A model generated the notes under the pieces. That model worked only from the letters and a program-made list of their open reading frames with translations, did not search any database and had not been told where the DNA came from. A program made the translations under genes and the position numbers. A stretch of DNA of 64,000 bases, from assembly GCF_021028975.2 (NCBI RefSeq), contig NC_059428.1, forward strand, positions 109,678,001 to 109,742,000, given 5' to 3'. Positions 11,681-24,210 of this stretch are shown here, piece after piece. Numbering within the stretch: position 1 is the stretch's first letter; each line of letters opens with the position of its first letter. The DNA comes from Sphaerodactylus townsendi (taxonomy: Eukaryota).

Positions 11681-12266
11681 AGTGTGTTTACTTTGTGTGA
11701 ACTTACATGGGCATGGCACAGATTGAAATCAGAATTTTTTTAAAAGGAAAATTTTAGACTGCACAGCAATATGTAGCTTTAATTCATGCTTTAGCATATG
11801 CTTGCCAATTCCCGGTAGGAAAATTACTAGAAAATTTAGTGGAATAGCTTGGGAACAGCAGAGTCTGGGGATGGGAGAGAACTCAGACATAGAGTCTGTT
11901 CTCCCATGGAACCATTTTCTCCAGAATAAGTTGGTTTTTATACCCCACTTTTCTCTACTATAAAGAGTCTCAAAATGACTTACAATCCCTCCAACAGGCA
12001 TCTTCTGAGAGCCAGCCCTTTTGCAGAAGGTCTTGTGAATGCAACAAACCTTTATTTGAACAGATTTTTTAAAAACCCCAGGGAAAAACTCTGAAACATA
12101 GAGGACAGCAGGCCTTAGCCCACATGCTTCATAGCACACCAGCTCCATCAAGAACCCGCAAGAAATAAATTCTTAAGTGCGATAAAGTATATAAAGTGAA
12201 ACTACATATTTTGTCTCTTTACAAAATTTTAAAGGCCCTGGTTCACCTAACCACTCAACTTACACT

Positions 12267-12514
12267 GGGCGTTTCCCCACTCACCCCAATCCCCCCATGC
12301 TGTGCGCTTGGGCGTCCCTACGACCCCGTGATCTGCGCAGGGTCATCAAAAGGCGCCCTTTACAAGAGCGCCTGGGATGCCGCGCGCTGAGGGGGCGTGA
12401 CAGCGTCAGCGTCGGGGCGGCTGCGCTGTCGCCACCCCTGTCGTGGGGAGTGCCCCAGGACCCCGTGCTACTTGAGGAGAGTAGCACGGGGCTTAAGGTA
12501 AGTGGGGAAAGGCT
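12267..12514. mobile_element. GC-rich PIF/Harbinger-like MITE
   Basis: Inverted termini gcgtttccccactcacc / ggtaagtggggaaaggc; CpG-rich interior suggests a young insertion. Confidence 0.6.
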
Positions 12515-12544
12515 TTATGTCAGTCTCTGCCACTCAGTCTAAAC

Positions 12545-12692
12545 CAGGGATAGGGAACCTGCGGCTCTCCAGATGTTCAGGAACTACAATTCCCATCAGC
12601 CCCTACCAGCATGGCCAATTGGCCATGCTGGTAGGGGCTGATGGGAATTGTAGTTCCTGAACATCTGGAGAGCCGCAGGTTCCCTACCCCTG
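12545..12692. mobile_element. Palindromic hAT MITE, about 148 bp
   Basis: Near-perfect foldback centred on catggccaattggccatg; imperfect TSD gtctaaac/g-ctaaac. Confidence 0.85.
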
Positions 12693-12933
12693 GCTAAACT
12701 TACCTCGCAGCTATCTATAAGGTAAAAATTGGGGAGAGAAAAAAAATCATGGGCAATGGCTGAACCTTCCTCAGAGAGAAACTGGGATGAAATAAAGTAA
12801 TTAAAAATGCTAATAAAAATGCTGAGAAGTGGGCAACTCCTGCTTGATTTTAATAGCTAGTGACCTCAACCCTTGAGGCTTGATCTTCCGAAACTGCTGC
12901 TAACTACTTGTTCCTCTTCTGTCCTTCCCTCAG

Positions 12934-13912
12934 ATTTCACCCACCGTCCATTGTTGGCACTCTGGGAAGCTCTGCAGCTGCTGCCAAACTCCTGGACCTT
13001 AACCAATTCCAGTGCAAGGAGGCCCTGGCTATCGCTGCCTCTTATGCTGGGGCGCCATTAGCCAATGCAGCTACCCAGACAAAGCCTCTCCACATGGGCA
13101 ACGCAGGCAGACACGGCTTGGAAGCGGCCTTCTTAGCCTCCTCAGGCCTTCAAGCAAACAAGTTGATCCTGGACTTAGAGTCAGGCTTTGGTGCTTTTTA
13201 TACAGACTACTTACCTCAGACTCTGCCAAGTTTGCAATCCTATGCGTGGCTTTTGGGTCAACAAGATGTAGCTATCAAGAGCTTTCCAGCCCACCTGGCA
13301 ACCCACTGGATGGCAGAGGCAGCCTTGGCAGTAAGGAAACACCTGGCCAAGAGCACAGAATCCCTTCCAAGTGGCCTCATCAAGGCGATTGTGCTTGAAG
13401 TCCCAGACATTCAATATGTGAACAGGCCATTCCCTGCCTCAGAACACGAGGCCAGGCATTCCCTCCAATTTGCAGGCTGCACTGCCCTTTGGGACGGCTA
13501 CGTATCTATGGAGTCATTCGAACAGCAGAACATCTCCAGGCCTGAGTTAAGCGAACTGCTCAGAAAGACACACCTGGAGCATTCCCCCAACAACCAGCCC
13601 AGCTTCAAGGACCTCTACTGCCAAGTGACGATTGCCCTTCAAGATGGAGCCAAGGTGACAGAGCGCTGTGACACATTCTATGGGCACTGGAGAAAGCCGC
13701 TAAGGCAGGGGGATCTGGTGAAGAAATTCCAGTCTAACGCCACTACTGTTCTCTCACTGGAAGCTGCTGAAAGCATGGTAGAAGTAGTCAGTAACTTAGA
13801 AAAGCTCGATGACTGCAGGTTGTTGACTTCCCTACTGCAGGGGGCCGAGTCAACAAGCAAACTATTAAAACACAGTAATGGACAGATTTGCAACAGACTT
13901 GCTGTGCTGTAA
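12934..13912 (+). CDS. ACOD1: ACOD1 coding exon 5 (terminal)
   Basis: ccttccctcag|(R)FHPPSIVGTLGS...ANAATQTKPLH...KSFPAHL...QYVNRPFP...DTFYGHWRKPL...TAA; spliced CDS 1449 nt = 482 aa. Confidence 0.97.
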
Positions 13913-14339
13913 TGATCCAAGATCCAGGCGTTTTACTAGTGACTCCCCTCAAAAGTCTTCAGCAGTGGACAAACGGTTGTATTCTGTAACGTGACTAACC
14001 CTCTTACAGAGCTTTGACACTCTGCGACCTCTCACTCAGAAATCCTAACATACTCCGACTTTTAGGCACACTGGGTCTTTTCATGCAGAAGCCCTAATGC
14101 ATTCAGCCATGCTCCCACCGAGCTTGCTTTAACTCTGACTACAGCTTTGACACTCTCGCTCTGAAACCCTATCACCTGCCAGCCCCCAACACAGCCCTCC
14201 CACATGCACACTCTAGACTCATCCTCCTCTCACGGCCCACTTTCTCCAAGTCAGCTCTGTTTAATGTCTCTCTCTCTCACACGCACACACACAAAATCAT
14301 TACAATATTGTTCTCATCTTTTAGCAAAGAAATGCTAAT

Positions 14340-14345
14340 AATAAA
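14340..14345 (+). other. Probable ACOD1 polyadenylation signal
   Basis: AATAAA about 430 nt after the stop codon. Confidence 0.55.
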
Positions 14346-14853
14346 CTTTTCAAGGCTGCTATTATTAATTTGAGACTCTTTTGCAAGTATCTAGAAGTGC
14401 GGGCCAGAGAACACTGAAGAGGCTTCAGTTCCATTTAAAAGAATACAGGCAGTGTCGGAGTGGTGATCAGTCCTTGACATTAATTTAACAATGCATGCTG
14501 TATCAATTACGGGTTTAAATGGCACGATGGCTGCATAGAATGGGACAGGGAAAAGGGTGTCATGGTGGGCAGGGCCAGGAAAGATCAGACTTTCGTATCC
14601 ATGTGGTCGCTACTCCAGCTTTGCTGGAGTCTCTCCTAGATGATTTAGGGCAAAGCAGGTTTCAGAAGGAACAAAGCAAAATCAGGAAACCTGAGAAATG
14701 CACAAAAGCACAATGATGGTGTGCAAAAGCAGCTTGAGGGTATGGCGTGTGGGTGTCTCAGTAGCAGCCAACAGGTTAAATAATGAGAGTTAAACCCTCC
14801 AACTTCCCAAAGAGACACAAAGCTGCATCATTTCTCAAGCCAACTTCTGTTCA

Positions 14854-15130
14854 GAGAGCCAACGTGGTGTAGTGGTTAAGAGCAGGTGCACTCTAATCTG
14901 GAGAGCTGGGTTTGATTCCCCGCTTTGCCACGAGCTGTGGAGGCTTATTTGGTGAACCAGATTAGCTTGTGCACTCCAACACATGCCAGCTGGGTGACCT
15001 TGGGCTAGTCACAGTTCTTCGGAGCTCTATCAGCCCCACCTACTTCACAGGGTGTTTGTTGTGGGTGGGGGTGAGTCTCCTTACAGGAGAGAAGAGGGGG
15101 ATATAAATCCAAATTCTTCTTCTTCTTCTT
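14854..15130 (+). mobile_element. tRNA-derived squamate SINE (Squam3-like), young copy
   Basis: A-box tggtgtagtggtt, B-box ggtttgattccc, (TTC)n tail; closely related inverted copy at 25580-25885. Confidence 0.8.
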
Positions 15131-17522
15131 GGAAGAGAGCACAATTTACACTTCCACAGCAGGGCAATCCCAAACAGTTCTCCAATGGACATAGAAGGGT
15201 ATAACTGCTTAGGACTGCAATGACAACTCAGTCCAAGCAAAAGTACAATTAGTTTCTAGCTGCATGTACCTCAAAAGCAAAATTATTTCTTAAAGCAAAT
15301 ATGTTTAGCCACTTCAGGAGGAAAAGCATCTCACTCGTAAGACTTTCCCCCTCAAAAAATGGTGGGGTGATGGTCTATGCTGGTTTTATTGATTATATAG
15401 TGATGTTCACTGCCCCGAGCCCTCTGGGGGAGGGCAGAAGTTTTCACAGTAAATAAAGGCTTTCTAATGAATGTGAGCATAGGCCTTCCCATGTCAATCT
15501 TTGGTAAAATCTCCACATTCATGATGGATCTAAGTAGGATCTTCTGTGATTACAGTAGGATAAGGTTCATGGGAGCAAATGGGCAGTTGAGGTAATGGAG
15601 GCATGGAGATAATAACATCTCATTAAGCTGCTAGCACTTTCTTCTCCAGGTCTGCCGGCAAAAGGACCGTCACTGCTTTCCCCAAGGAAACACAAGGCTC
15701 ACAATTACACATTAACAACTGGAACCACCCAAAGAATGCAGAACATCCTTTACCTTGAAGGCCCAGGGGGTGGAGGAGGCACAACACTTTCATGTTCCAG
15801 GACGGCCAGATCTTGACCTTCCTTTTCTGCAAGTCTTTTAACTGACAACTTTCCATAAAGCCTTTTGATGGTGTCAGATAATTTATATGAAAACATGCTC
15901 GGTTTGTGCTGGTTTTGTGCCTTTGTTTTTCCAATAGGTCAAACCCTTTAAAATAAAAGTCTAGAAAGCCAAGAAATAAAACATAAATAGAACTGCTAAT
16001 TTGCATAGTTCTTCAGACCACATGATGCAGCTTTTTTGCAGTTGGACTGCAGTATTTTTAGTCCACGGAGCACACACAAGCCTACTTATCAGAGCTCCAA
16101 TGGAGACGAGAGTGGACCCTTAACCCTAAGTTATATCCCTTTTCCAGGCTCACATACCCAAGTGGGATGACTGAGGCTTTTGTCTGGGTACTTTTAAAAA
16201 GAAAATATGGCCTTTTAATTGGATCTTTTAATCTGAATTCTGCACTATAATAGGAAGAAGTGCTGTTCAAGCACTGCCCATACAAAGCCCTGCTACTTTG
16301 AGAAACAGCTTTTTATATTGGAACTCAAGAACAACTGACTCTTAAACATGTTTATTTTTATTTACTTCATTTATGACCTCCATGTTTCCACAGTGTGGAT
16401 CCAAACTGGCTTACATAATTTCCCTCTTCTGCCCTTGTGGTCTCACAACAACTAGGTTAGGTTGAGAGTGCATGATTGGCTCAAGATCACCAAACAAATT
16501 TCCATGGCAGAGGAGGGATTACAAACCTGAATCTCCCAGATCATAGTCTGACACCCGACCCCTACACCACACTGGCTCTAACTTCAAGAGGAACATTTAA
16601 ATGTAATGGAAATTAATTCCGACCAAGCTTGAACTCGGAGCCACAGGTATGATGTGTAATTCTAAGAGACTGCCAAGAATTCAGGCCTCTGTGACTCTCA
16701 GTTTTTAAACACACAAGTTTCTAGTCCTTATGAATGCAAATATATGCTTGAAAAAGTCTTTGTGTGCTCAGAAGCCGAAGTATGGTGGCTGAATAAGATT
16801 TATTGTATTATAAGTGCTACTTACTTACTCCTTCCGTGGTGAGCAAAACCAGAATGAACGGTGCAAAAGAGAGTTCAAAATGCAGGACAAGTATGCATAT
16901 CTGCATAATTTGTAGTGGTGAACACATTAAGATTGCCTGGGAACAGAGATCTGATATTTTAAATATGGAGCACAAACAATAATGCCCAAGAAGGCAGCCA
17001 CCTACTACTTACAGGCATAATGAAGGGTTCCCAAAGGAGATCAGCAACTGGCAATTCCAAGGCCAAACACAGAGTTATTTGGACCTGCAGTTACCAACCG
17101 AAAGGCAAGATAGTACGTGCTCAGAGAAAAGCATCAGCAGCACCCTCCCCTCCAGTAAAACCAGCTGCTAACTTTGTGCTTATTTAACACAAACATTACG
17201 AACAGTTTAGCCCACACTGTGCTTACTTCAAGACAAAGGGGAAGAAGAGAAAACAAAGCCATAACTAGCTAATTTTGCGCCCAAAGCAGGAATATAAAAT
17301 TGCACCCCCATCTTTTCATAGTAGTTATTCTGGTAAAAAGGTACAGACGTAAATAACAAGAGTAATAATAAAAACACATCTTCTGAACAGTCAACAACTG
17401 AAGTTTAAGATTCCTTTTCAACTCAGTTAAATGCTTTTATTCATTTCACCAATCACCCAGCTGTGTGTGTGGCATATTTACTGGCAGACATCAAGAGTGT
17501 GGGTGAGCACAACCTTCCAACC

Positions 17523-17715
17523 TCATGCAAGCCTCATGACTTCACCAACCATTGCTCCAATTCCATCAAAGATTTCATGCAAAGGAGCTTTGCACATGAA
17601 AGCACAAGTAGAAACTATTTTGTGGATGGAGTCAACATGGGCTTCGTTCACACCTTTGCAAACATGCTTGCACCCCAGTTCCTCAATAGCAGAAGCCGTC
17701 TCAAAGTCAGGAAAT
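17523..17715 (-). CDS. GATD3-like coding exon 4 (terminal)
   Basis: tctcttgtag|(R)FPDFETASAIEELGCKHVCKGVNEAHVDSIHKIVSTCAFMCKAPLHEIFDGIGAMVGEVMRLA*; spliced CDS 678 nt = 225 aa; AATAAA on the minus strand at 17436-17441. Confidence 0.93.
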
Positions 17716-18689
17716 CTACAAGAGAGAAAGAGAACATTGGACTGAGCTCAGAAACACACTGGTAGCTTGGGGAAAGTTGTCATCACAGGGTGTGCAACGG
17801 TGGGCACCAACTAATAGGCGATTGAATTTTGCACCAGCTGCAATTTCTGGATTGCTTTCAAGGGCTGCTCCACATGACAGTAGTCTATCCTTGAGGTTGC
17901 AATAGTGTGAAGCAGTAGGGTCATCAGTTAGGTCCAACAAGAGAGTCAAATTCTATATAAGATGAAATATGCACTTTTAGAAAAAAAAAGTTGGGTTAAT
18001 TACTAACAAGAGGGTAGAATCTACCACCCCCACCTCTCAACAGATTCATCCAGAGACCGTTAACTCCAGCAAAAGTATAACACTTTCAGGGCATCTGTCT
18101 TTCCACAAAATACTACCTGTATTATGTCTGGATTCAGCTTCCACGTGTTTCCACCACCACCACCTTTGGAAGGAGACAGCTGCTTCTGAAGGCTTTCAAA
18201 AAGAAATCTAGAGCTCGGTTTCATCAGTTTATTGATGACATGCAGCTCCAAAGCTACAGATGTCCTAATTAAGAAGTACCATGGGAGACTATATAAAGCT
18301 TTGTGGCATGTCACAGGGCAAATTTCAAGATGCTAATTCAGCCCCAGACCCCTCCCCCTGGCCACACACATTTATTCTCTAAGATGCTGGAAAGTGCTGT
18401 CAAGTCACAGTCGAATGATGGTGATCCAGAAGGTGAGAAACAAACACAGATGATTTGCCATTGCCTGCCTCTCTATCACAACCCTAGACTTGCTTGGTGG
18501 TTTCCCATCCCAGTACTAACTCAGCTCTGCTTAGCTTCCAAGATCTGACTGGACTGGGCTAGTCCTGGCCATTCCAAGTCAAGACGCTCCTTCCACACAT
18601 GAACAAAAAAGATTTTAATGCACACAAGTGCTTTCCCGTGACCAACTTCAGTTGCATCAACAAATATTCAGTGGTCTACTGGCCAACGT

Positions 18690-18990
18690 ATCTTATTAAC
18701 CTAACCTCAACAGTTATGCAGGCTCGTCTAAACATTCTTCCCTTGGCAGACACAAGGGGAAGATTTTTTCACGTTCCCTTGAAAGAACGATTATGCAATT
18801 GCTCCCTCAAGCAAGTTGAGACCACTGAACACATTCTATTTTGTACTACACAAACACAAAAAGCAGAGAAGAGTATTTATTGAGCTTCATATCAACAGAT
18901 ACTCATCTATCTCCAACTTGGACAAGATTCGGCTGCTTTTAAACGACTGTAATATCAGACGAACTGAAGACGTGGCTATATTTTATCAAA
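18690..18990 (+). mobile_element. LINE C-terminal zinc-knuckle fragment (RTE-X/L1-Tx1-like)
   Basis: ARLNILPL..GRF..VPLKERLCNC..VETTEHILFC in ORF 18599..18883. Confidence 0.6.
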
Positions 18991-19222
18991 TGTATATAAT
19001 ACCCTTGATCTTTTACCTATGCCAACAAAGGTTAATGAATGAATAGTGGTCTGCTAAGTTGAAGACAGTCAAGAGATCAAACAGTAACAGAGAAATGTAC
19101 CCCTTATCAACAAATAAGCCAAGATAATTCACCAGAGCAAAGTAAGCCACCTCTGACTTTAAGCAAGTCTGAAAAGGGCAGATTAATTGTCAAAAAAGTC
19201 TAATTAAAATAGTTTCTTATAC

Positions 19223-19427
19223 CTTCCATCTACATTTTTATTGTAGCCTACAGTGACTTCACATCCAGGGAAAATTTTAGCTGCCAACACAGGGGAGATA
19301 CAGCACAAGCCAATGGGTTTCTTTGCGTTGTGGAATCCTTCAAGGGTTGACTTCACAAGTTCATTGACAGTGCAGTCCTTTCCATCCACAGCCCAGGAAC
19401 ACAGGTTCTTTGCTACTCCAAACCCCC
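19223..19427 (-). CDS. GATD3-like coding exon 3 (nucleophile-elbow Cys, KPIGLCCISP)
   Basis: ttttcag|(G)GFGVAKNLCSWAVDGKDC...KPIGLCCISPVLAAKIFPGCEVTVGYNKNVDG(R)|gtataa; 205 nt. Confidence 0.95.
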
Positions 19428-20936
19428 CTGAAAAGAAAAACAAGGAAGGGTTATGAATTTGCTTTTTGATGCAATCAGTCCCAGTGAGAAGAATATTTCC
19501 TTCAGATGTAATGAATTCCTCCCCTTGCCCCGCCTCATATAACGTATGGCACAGTTTTCTTAATAGATTACGCCCTAAAGATTCAGGGCCTTCAGCTTAG
19601 CAATTATGCACATTCCCACCCAAAGTAAAAAAAGGGGGAAGAAAATTCATCCAATTCAGACATGCTTTTGTGGTTGTAGCATCTCTGATTTCTGGAAAAG
19701 GCAAATACAAAATTAGTCACAAAGTTATTAAATTCTAAAAGACCGTTGAAAAAAGTGTGCCTACAAAGAACAGCCTTCCACGGATGCTCAAAATTTATCT
19801 TAATTTACTTGATTCATTTATAACCTTTCAATGGAGAGTCAAAACAGTTTATATCATTCTCTTCTCCTTCAACGTATCCTTACAACAACCCTGTAAGGTA
19901 GACTAAAATGACACCATGTGACTGCCACAAGATTAACCAGTGAGCTGCCTTGGCACCAGTGGGGATTTGAACCTGGACCTCCAGATACCAGTTCAACACT
20001 CTTAATCACTATAATGGCTCAAAAGACCACCAGCAGACATACGATGTTAGTGCTGTTACAGAATTTCAAAGTTATCACCAAGAAGCTTTAAAAAAAAAGA
20101 AATTCCCAACGAGAAAAGAAATTCCCAATGAACACTGCAATTCGTTTGTTGGAAACTGAGTCAGCAATACAAATAGGTCATCAGATAGCATGTGTCCATC
20201 TGTTACCTATAAGTAACTTTATGGAAAATCCTCATGGCTTGCTTCAGGGATATATCACGGGATAGGATACTTTTACTTCCTGTAAAAACAACCTGTACTC
20301 AGACAGGACAACTGAGCATTACTTTTATCAGATAATCCAGTTTGAAAACACTGCAAAAATGTTCAGGCCAACACTCTGTTTGTCACTTGTCCCCAGTGTC
20401 AAAATTAATTAAACTTTTAAGTTATTGGCCAAATGAAAAGTCCATTGAGGTTATGGAAATGTATACACCCAATTTCCCTGCAAGGTACACTTTGCTGAGC
20501 ATTTTTATACTAATTCTGAGGGAATTCACTTCCCTGTTCCTCATCACTCACCCTTTTCTGGAGGCAGCAGTGGAGGATTCAGAGTACCTAAGGGAAAATT
20601 ATGTTTCTAAGTCCACAGCTGAAGTGGTCCAAGCTTAGGTAGCTTCCTAGTCCACAATACTATTAAGCAGAGGGACCGACCTGTTCTACAGTTTCTCCAA
20701 TGACCTCAAGGTAAATACTGTGATTTTTTAAAACACTTCCTGGGAAGCGGGACAGTGTCAGAATCTGTGCCACGAGAAAGCCAAAGGGAAGACACTTAAG
20801 AAAGCAATAAGTGTAGATACACAAGGCCCTTTTATATAAACAATAACCAAACTATATCCCAATGAAAATAATAGTGCTGTCTGTTTTAATTGTTCAAGTG
20901 GGTAGGGCACTTTTTTCTTTGGTAAACAAAAGAGCC

Positions 20937-21150
20937 AAGAGCCAATGTAGTGTAGTAATTAAGAGTGGCGGACTCTTATTGGGAGAAACAGGTTTGATTC
21001 CCCTCCCTTCCACATGAAGCCTGCAGGGTGACTCTGGGCCAATCACAGTTTCCTTAGAACTCTCTTAGTCCATGCAGAGGCAGGCAATGGCAAACCACCT
21101 CTGAATGTCTCTTACCTTAAAAAACTTACAAGGTGTCCATAAATCAGCTA
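20937..21150 (+). mobile_element. tRNA-head SINE with Sauria/RTE-type 3' part
   Basis: A/B boxes followed by gaggcaggcaatggcaaaccacctctga; similar copy at 54708-54910. Confidence 0.65.
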
Positions 21151-21506
21151 TGGTAATGGTGAACACACAGACATATACAAAATGGCAGGAGGTTGTCTTT
21201 GAATTTTAAAGGCTGAAATATCTCTGAAACGACCAGTCCCCACCTCCCCACTAGACCCCACTGACCTCTTTCTCAAACTAGGCCTGAGACCCTACAGCTG
21301 AAGGAGCTGTCAAGGTCTTCATACAGTAATGTAACCAAGTTCATTTGGATTTGGTTCTGGTAAATCTCTGAGTAACACACACCATAAAACAAAAGAAGGC
21401 TTTATTAAAGAATTTTAAAAGGTGAGTGCAGGAAGAGAGTGGGAGAAATCACTTCAGAAAGAGGATTATTGTTTCGATCGCTGCTGAAAGGAAGCAAAAG
21501 GCTCAC

Positions 21507-21678
21507 CTGGGAAAACAACAGCATCAAATTCACCCACTTTCAATTCTGCCAAATCCTGGATATTGCCTCTTGCAAGCCGGGCACTTTCCACAAGGACGTT
21601 TCTCTTTTCGTCGCTTGGACTGCCTTTTAAATGGTCTACTACATGCATCTGCTCAATATTGGGTGCAAAGATCTTCAC
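21507..21678 (-). CDS. GATD3-like coding exon 2
   Basis: ttttcag|[57 protein letters not shown](G)|gtgagc; 172 nt. Confidence 0.95.
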
Positions 21679-22928
21679 CTGAAAAGAAAAGGGGTAACTG
21701 TTGCATTGGATACATTACAATGTACTGTCAAGTACAACAGATCAAGAAACTTCAGCATTTCATGCCAACTAGTTTTAAGAAAACACAATTAATCTTTGAT
21801 TGGGCACATATGCCAGTGTGATATATTAGTTAAAGTATTAGACTAGGATCTTAGAGAACTGGATTCAAATCCCCACTCTGCCTTGAGAAGCTGGTTGGAC
21901 AACTTTGGGTCAATCACACTCTCTCAGCCTGATTCCAACTGTACCTCAGAGATCAACATGATTTTTGGGTGGGCCACTGCGAGTAGTAGAGTGGTAGACT
22001 AGATGGACTCTGGTCTGATCCAGCAGACTCTTTCTTATGTTCTTATGTACTGTTGTCATGATAGCCAAACTCTCTTCATCAGATAACAAGGGCCTTCAAC
22101 TCTCAAAAATCTTGTGGATCTTTAAAGGTGCTACTAGATTTGAATCTAGTTGTTTTACCTCAGACCAACATGGTTACCCTCTGAAACTGCCTCACAATAT
22201 TGTTGTTAAGATAAAATGGAGATGTGAAGATCGATGTATGCCATTTTGGGTCCCCAATTGGGAGAAAGGAGAATTATAAATGAAGTAAATAAATTAACAA
22301 TTTTCAAAAATGCGTTGATAATACCTTCAGTATGCAATTTAAAGGTAAACACAGTCCCCTATGAAAGTACTGAGTCACTACTGACCTATGGGGTGACATC
22401 ACATCACAACATTTACCAGGCAGACTGTGTTTACAGGGTACACAATTTAATTCTCACTAAATAACAGCTTAAACTTACTTTTGCTGAATCTTTGACTTTG
22501 TTTTAAAATACCACCACTAAAAGCAATGGCTGCAGCTTCTAATTCTTTATACGGCTTTTACCAGAAAAGGCCTGTATTTTGGAACATGCATACGTGGCCT
22601 TTCAATCCTGGGGCAATCTTTTCAGAAGCCATGGGCCTACGGAGCATATTAACATATTAAACAAACCAGTGTAGATCAGAAAACAGAGCACCAAAGTAAT
22701 ATTTCCCTGCTGGGTTGCAAAAACCATCTTCCCCAGCAGCCTGGAGACAGTCTCTGAATTTAGAGACTCCCAAATCCTTCCTACAAATTTCTAGACAAAC
22801 TTTTCTTAGGGATAAAAATGCACCTTGGCTCTTTGAAAATGATTAATTTAGCATTTCAGCGATGAAGCATCTACAAACACCTGCTGCAAAGGAAGTGCTG
22901 AGAGATTACTTCCCTGGCCAGGAGCAGT

Positions 22929-22929
<1 letters not shown>

Positions 22930-22976
<47 letters not shown>
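22930..22976. repeat. (GA)n microsatellite in GATD3-like intron 1
   Basis: About 23 uninterrupted GA units. Confidence 0.95.
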
Positions 22977-22978
<2 letters not shown>

Positions 22979-23097
22979 TGTCTGCTACCCATAGAGTTTG
23001 CATTGCAATGGGGCAGGGAGGGAGAAAGGGCTTTGCTTGCAAAGGGGACCCCACGAGCTTATCTTCTTGGGGATCGGCGGTTAGTTTGCAGCCTCAC

Positions 23098-23205
23098 CTC
23101 TGCTCCAGCCCGACTGAGATGAACCAGCACGGCCGAGGCTTCGTGCACCTCGCTGCCATCGAAGACCCCGCAGCCGGCCAGCACAAGGGCCACCCTCTTC
23201 CCCAT
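23098..23205 (-). CDS. GATD3/ES1/ElbB-like protein (DJ-1/PfpI superfamily), coding exon 1
   Basis: gcggccATGG Kozak; [36 protein letters not shown]|gtgagg; 108 nt; not in the ORF track. Confidence 0.93.
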
Positions 23206-23249
23206 GGCCGCCTCCGGGCTCCCCTTCTCTAGCTACTGCGCAGCTGCGG

Positions 23250-24210
23250 TGCTAAAGAAAAGAAAAGAAAAAAAGGAGGGTGGGAGTTAATGTGGTCTCC
23301 TGGGCATGCTCCACCCGAGGCAGGATGTGGCCTCTTACTCGGGAGCAAGATCTGAGGCTGTTTCCTGCCAGGTGTGCGCGCATTTGCACACTTCCCCTTG
23401 TGGACACCTGTGCCCAGATTGAAAGTTGCGCTTCTGTCTAGGCATAATTCCAAATTAGGAGGGTCTATTGGGGAAAGGAGTTATTCCCGGATAAACGCGT
23501 AGATTTAGACGGTGGTTTGTGTTCTGCATCGGACCCGACGGGATCCCAGTACACGCGACAGGATCTGTGAGGGCCCACCGTTCTTACTGGTTTTTATAAC
23601 AAGCCGAACAACCACAGAGCCTACACAGCATCCCTCTTCACAGAGGAAGCCCGCAGGTCCACTTGTAACAGCAGCGGTCTTTTGTTAGTACCAACTAATA
23701 CGACTCAAAAAAGTGAGCCAGTTTGCATAACTGGGACAGGACATTCAACCACCAAGATGCTTCCAGCCAAGAACGCGGTGCAAAGCTCCTATGCAGAATG
23801 GGACCACCAGAGCCTGGGGGTAAGGAACATTTCCACCAAGAATTCCGGGGTGGGGGGGGGGGAGGAGGTGTCGTCAGTCCATTGCGCCTAACTGCAACAG
23901 GGGCACCTTGACGTCCTTTTCAGAGGGACTGCGCCGTAATATGCAAACCTACGGAGGAGTCTCATTTCATTAAACAGGGCTGACTCCCCAATGAACAGGA
24001 CTGCAGCCTCAACCGGCCCCTCGCCCTCTGCAAGTGAGCCCAGAGCGCCCCAAGCCCGTCTCTCCCTTCAGCGGCTTCATAGTGTTCAGTGAGCATGTGC
24101 AAAAGGCGGAGCCTCTTGTCATGTGATGGGTTGAAGTCAGCTGACTGCAGGGCGTGATGACAGAATAAATCTCCCAAGAAGAGTAATGCTGGAGGAGTTG
24201 CGGTGAGGAT
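23250..24210. promoter_or_regulatory. CpG-rich bidirectional promoter shared by the GATD3-like gene and CLN5
   Basis: Divergent ATGs at 23205 (-) and 24209 (+), about 1 kb apart; locally raised CpG; M-box TCATGTGA 24119-24126; palindrome GTCAGCTGAC 24136-24145. Confidence 0.7.

Noticed and set aside
11481-11726. Two opposite-strand ORFs with near-identical peptides (LALQMLWTTIPIS)
   Set aside because: Artefact of the palindromic MITE; the same peptide appears at 35329 and 24578
17431-17765. Plus-strand ORFs of 104 and 100 aa
   Set aside because: Antisense shadows of GATD3-like exon 4
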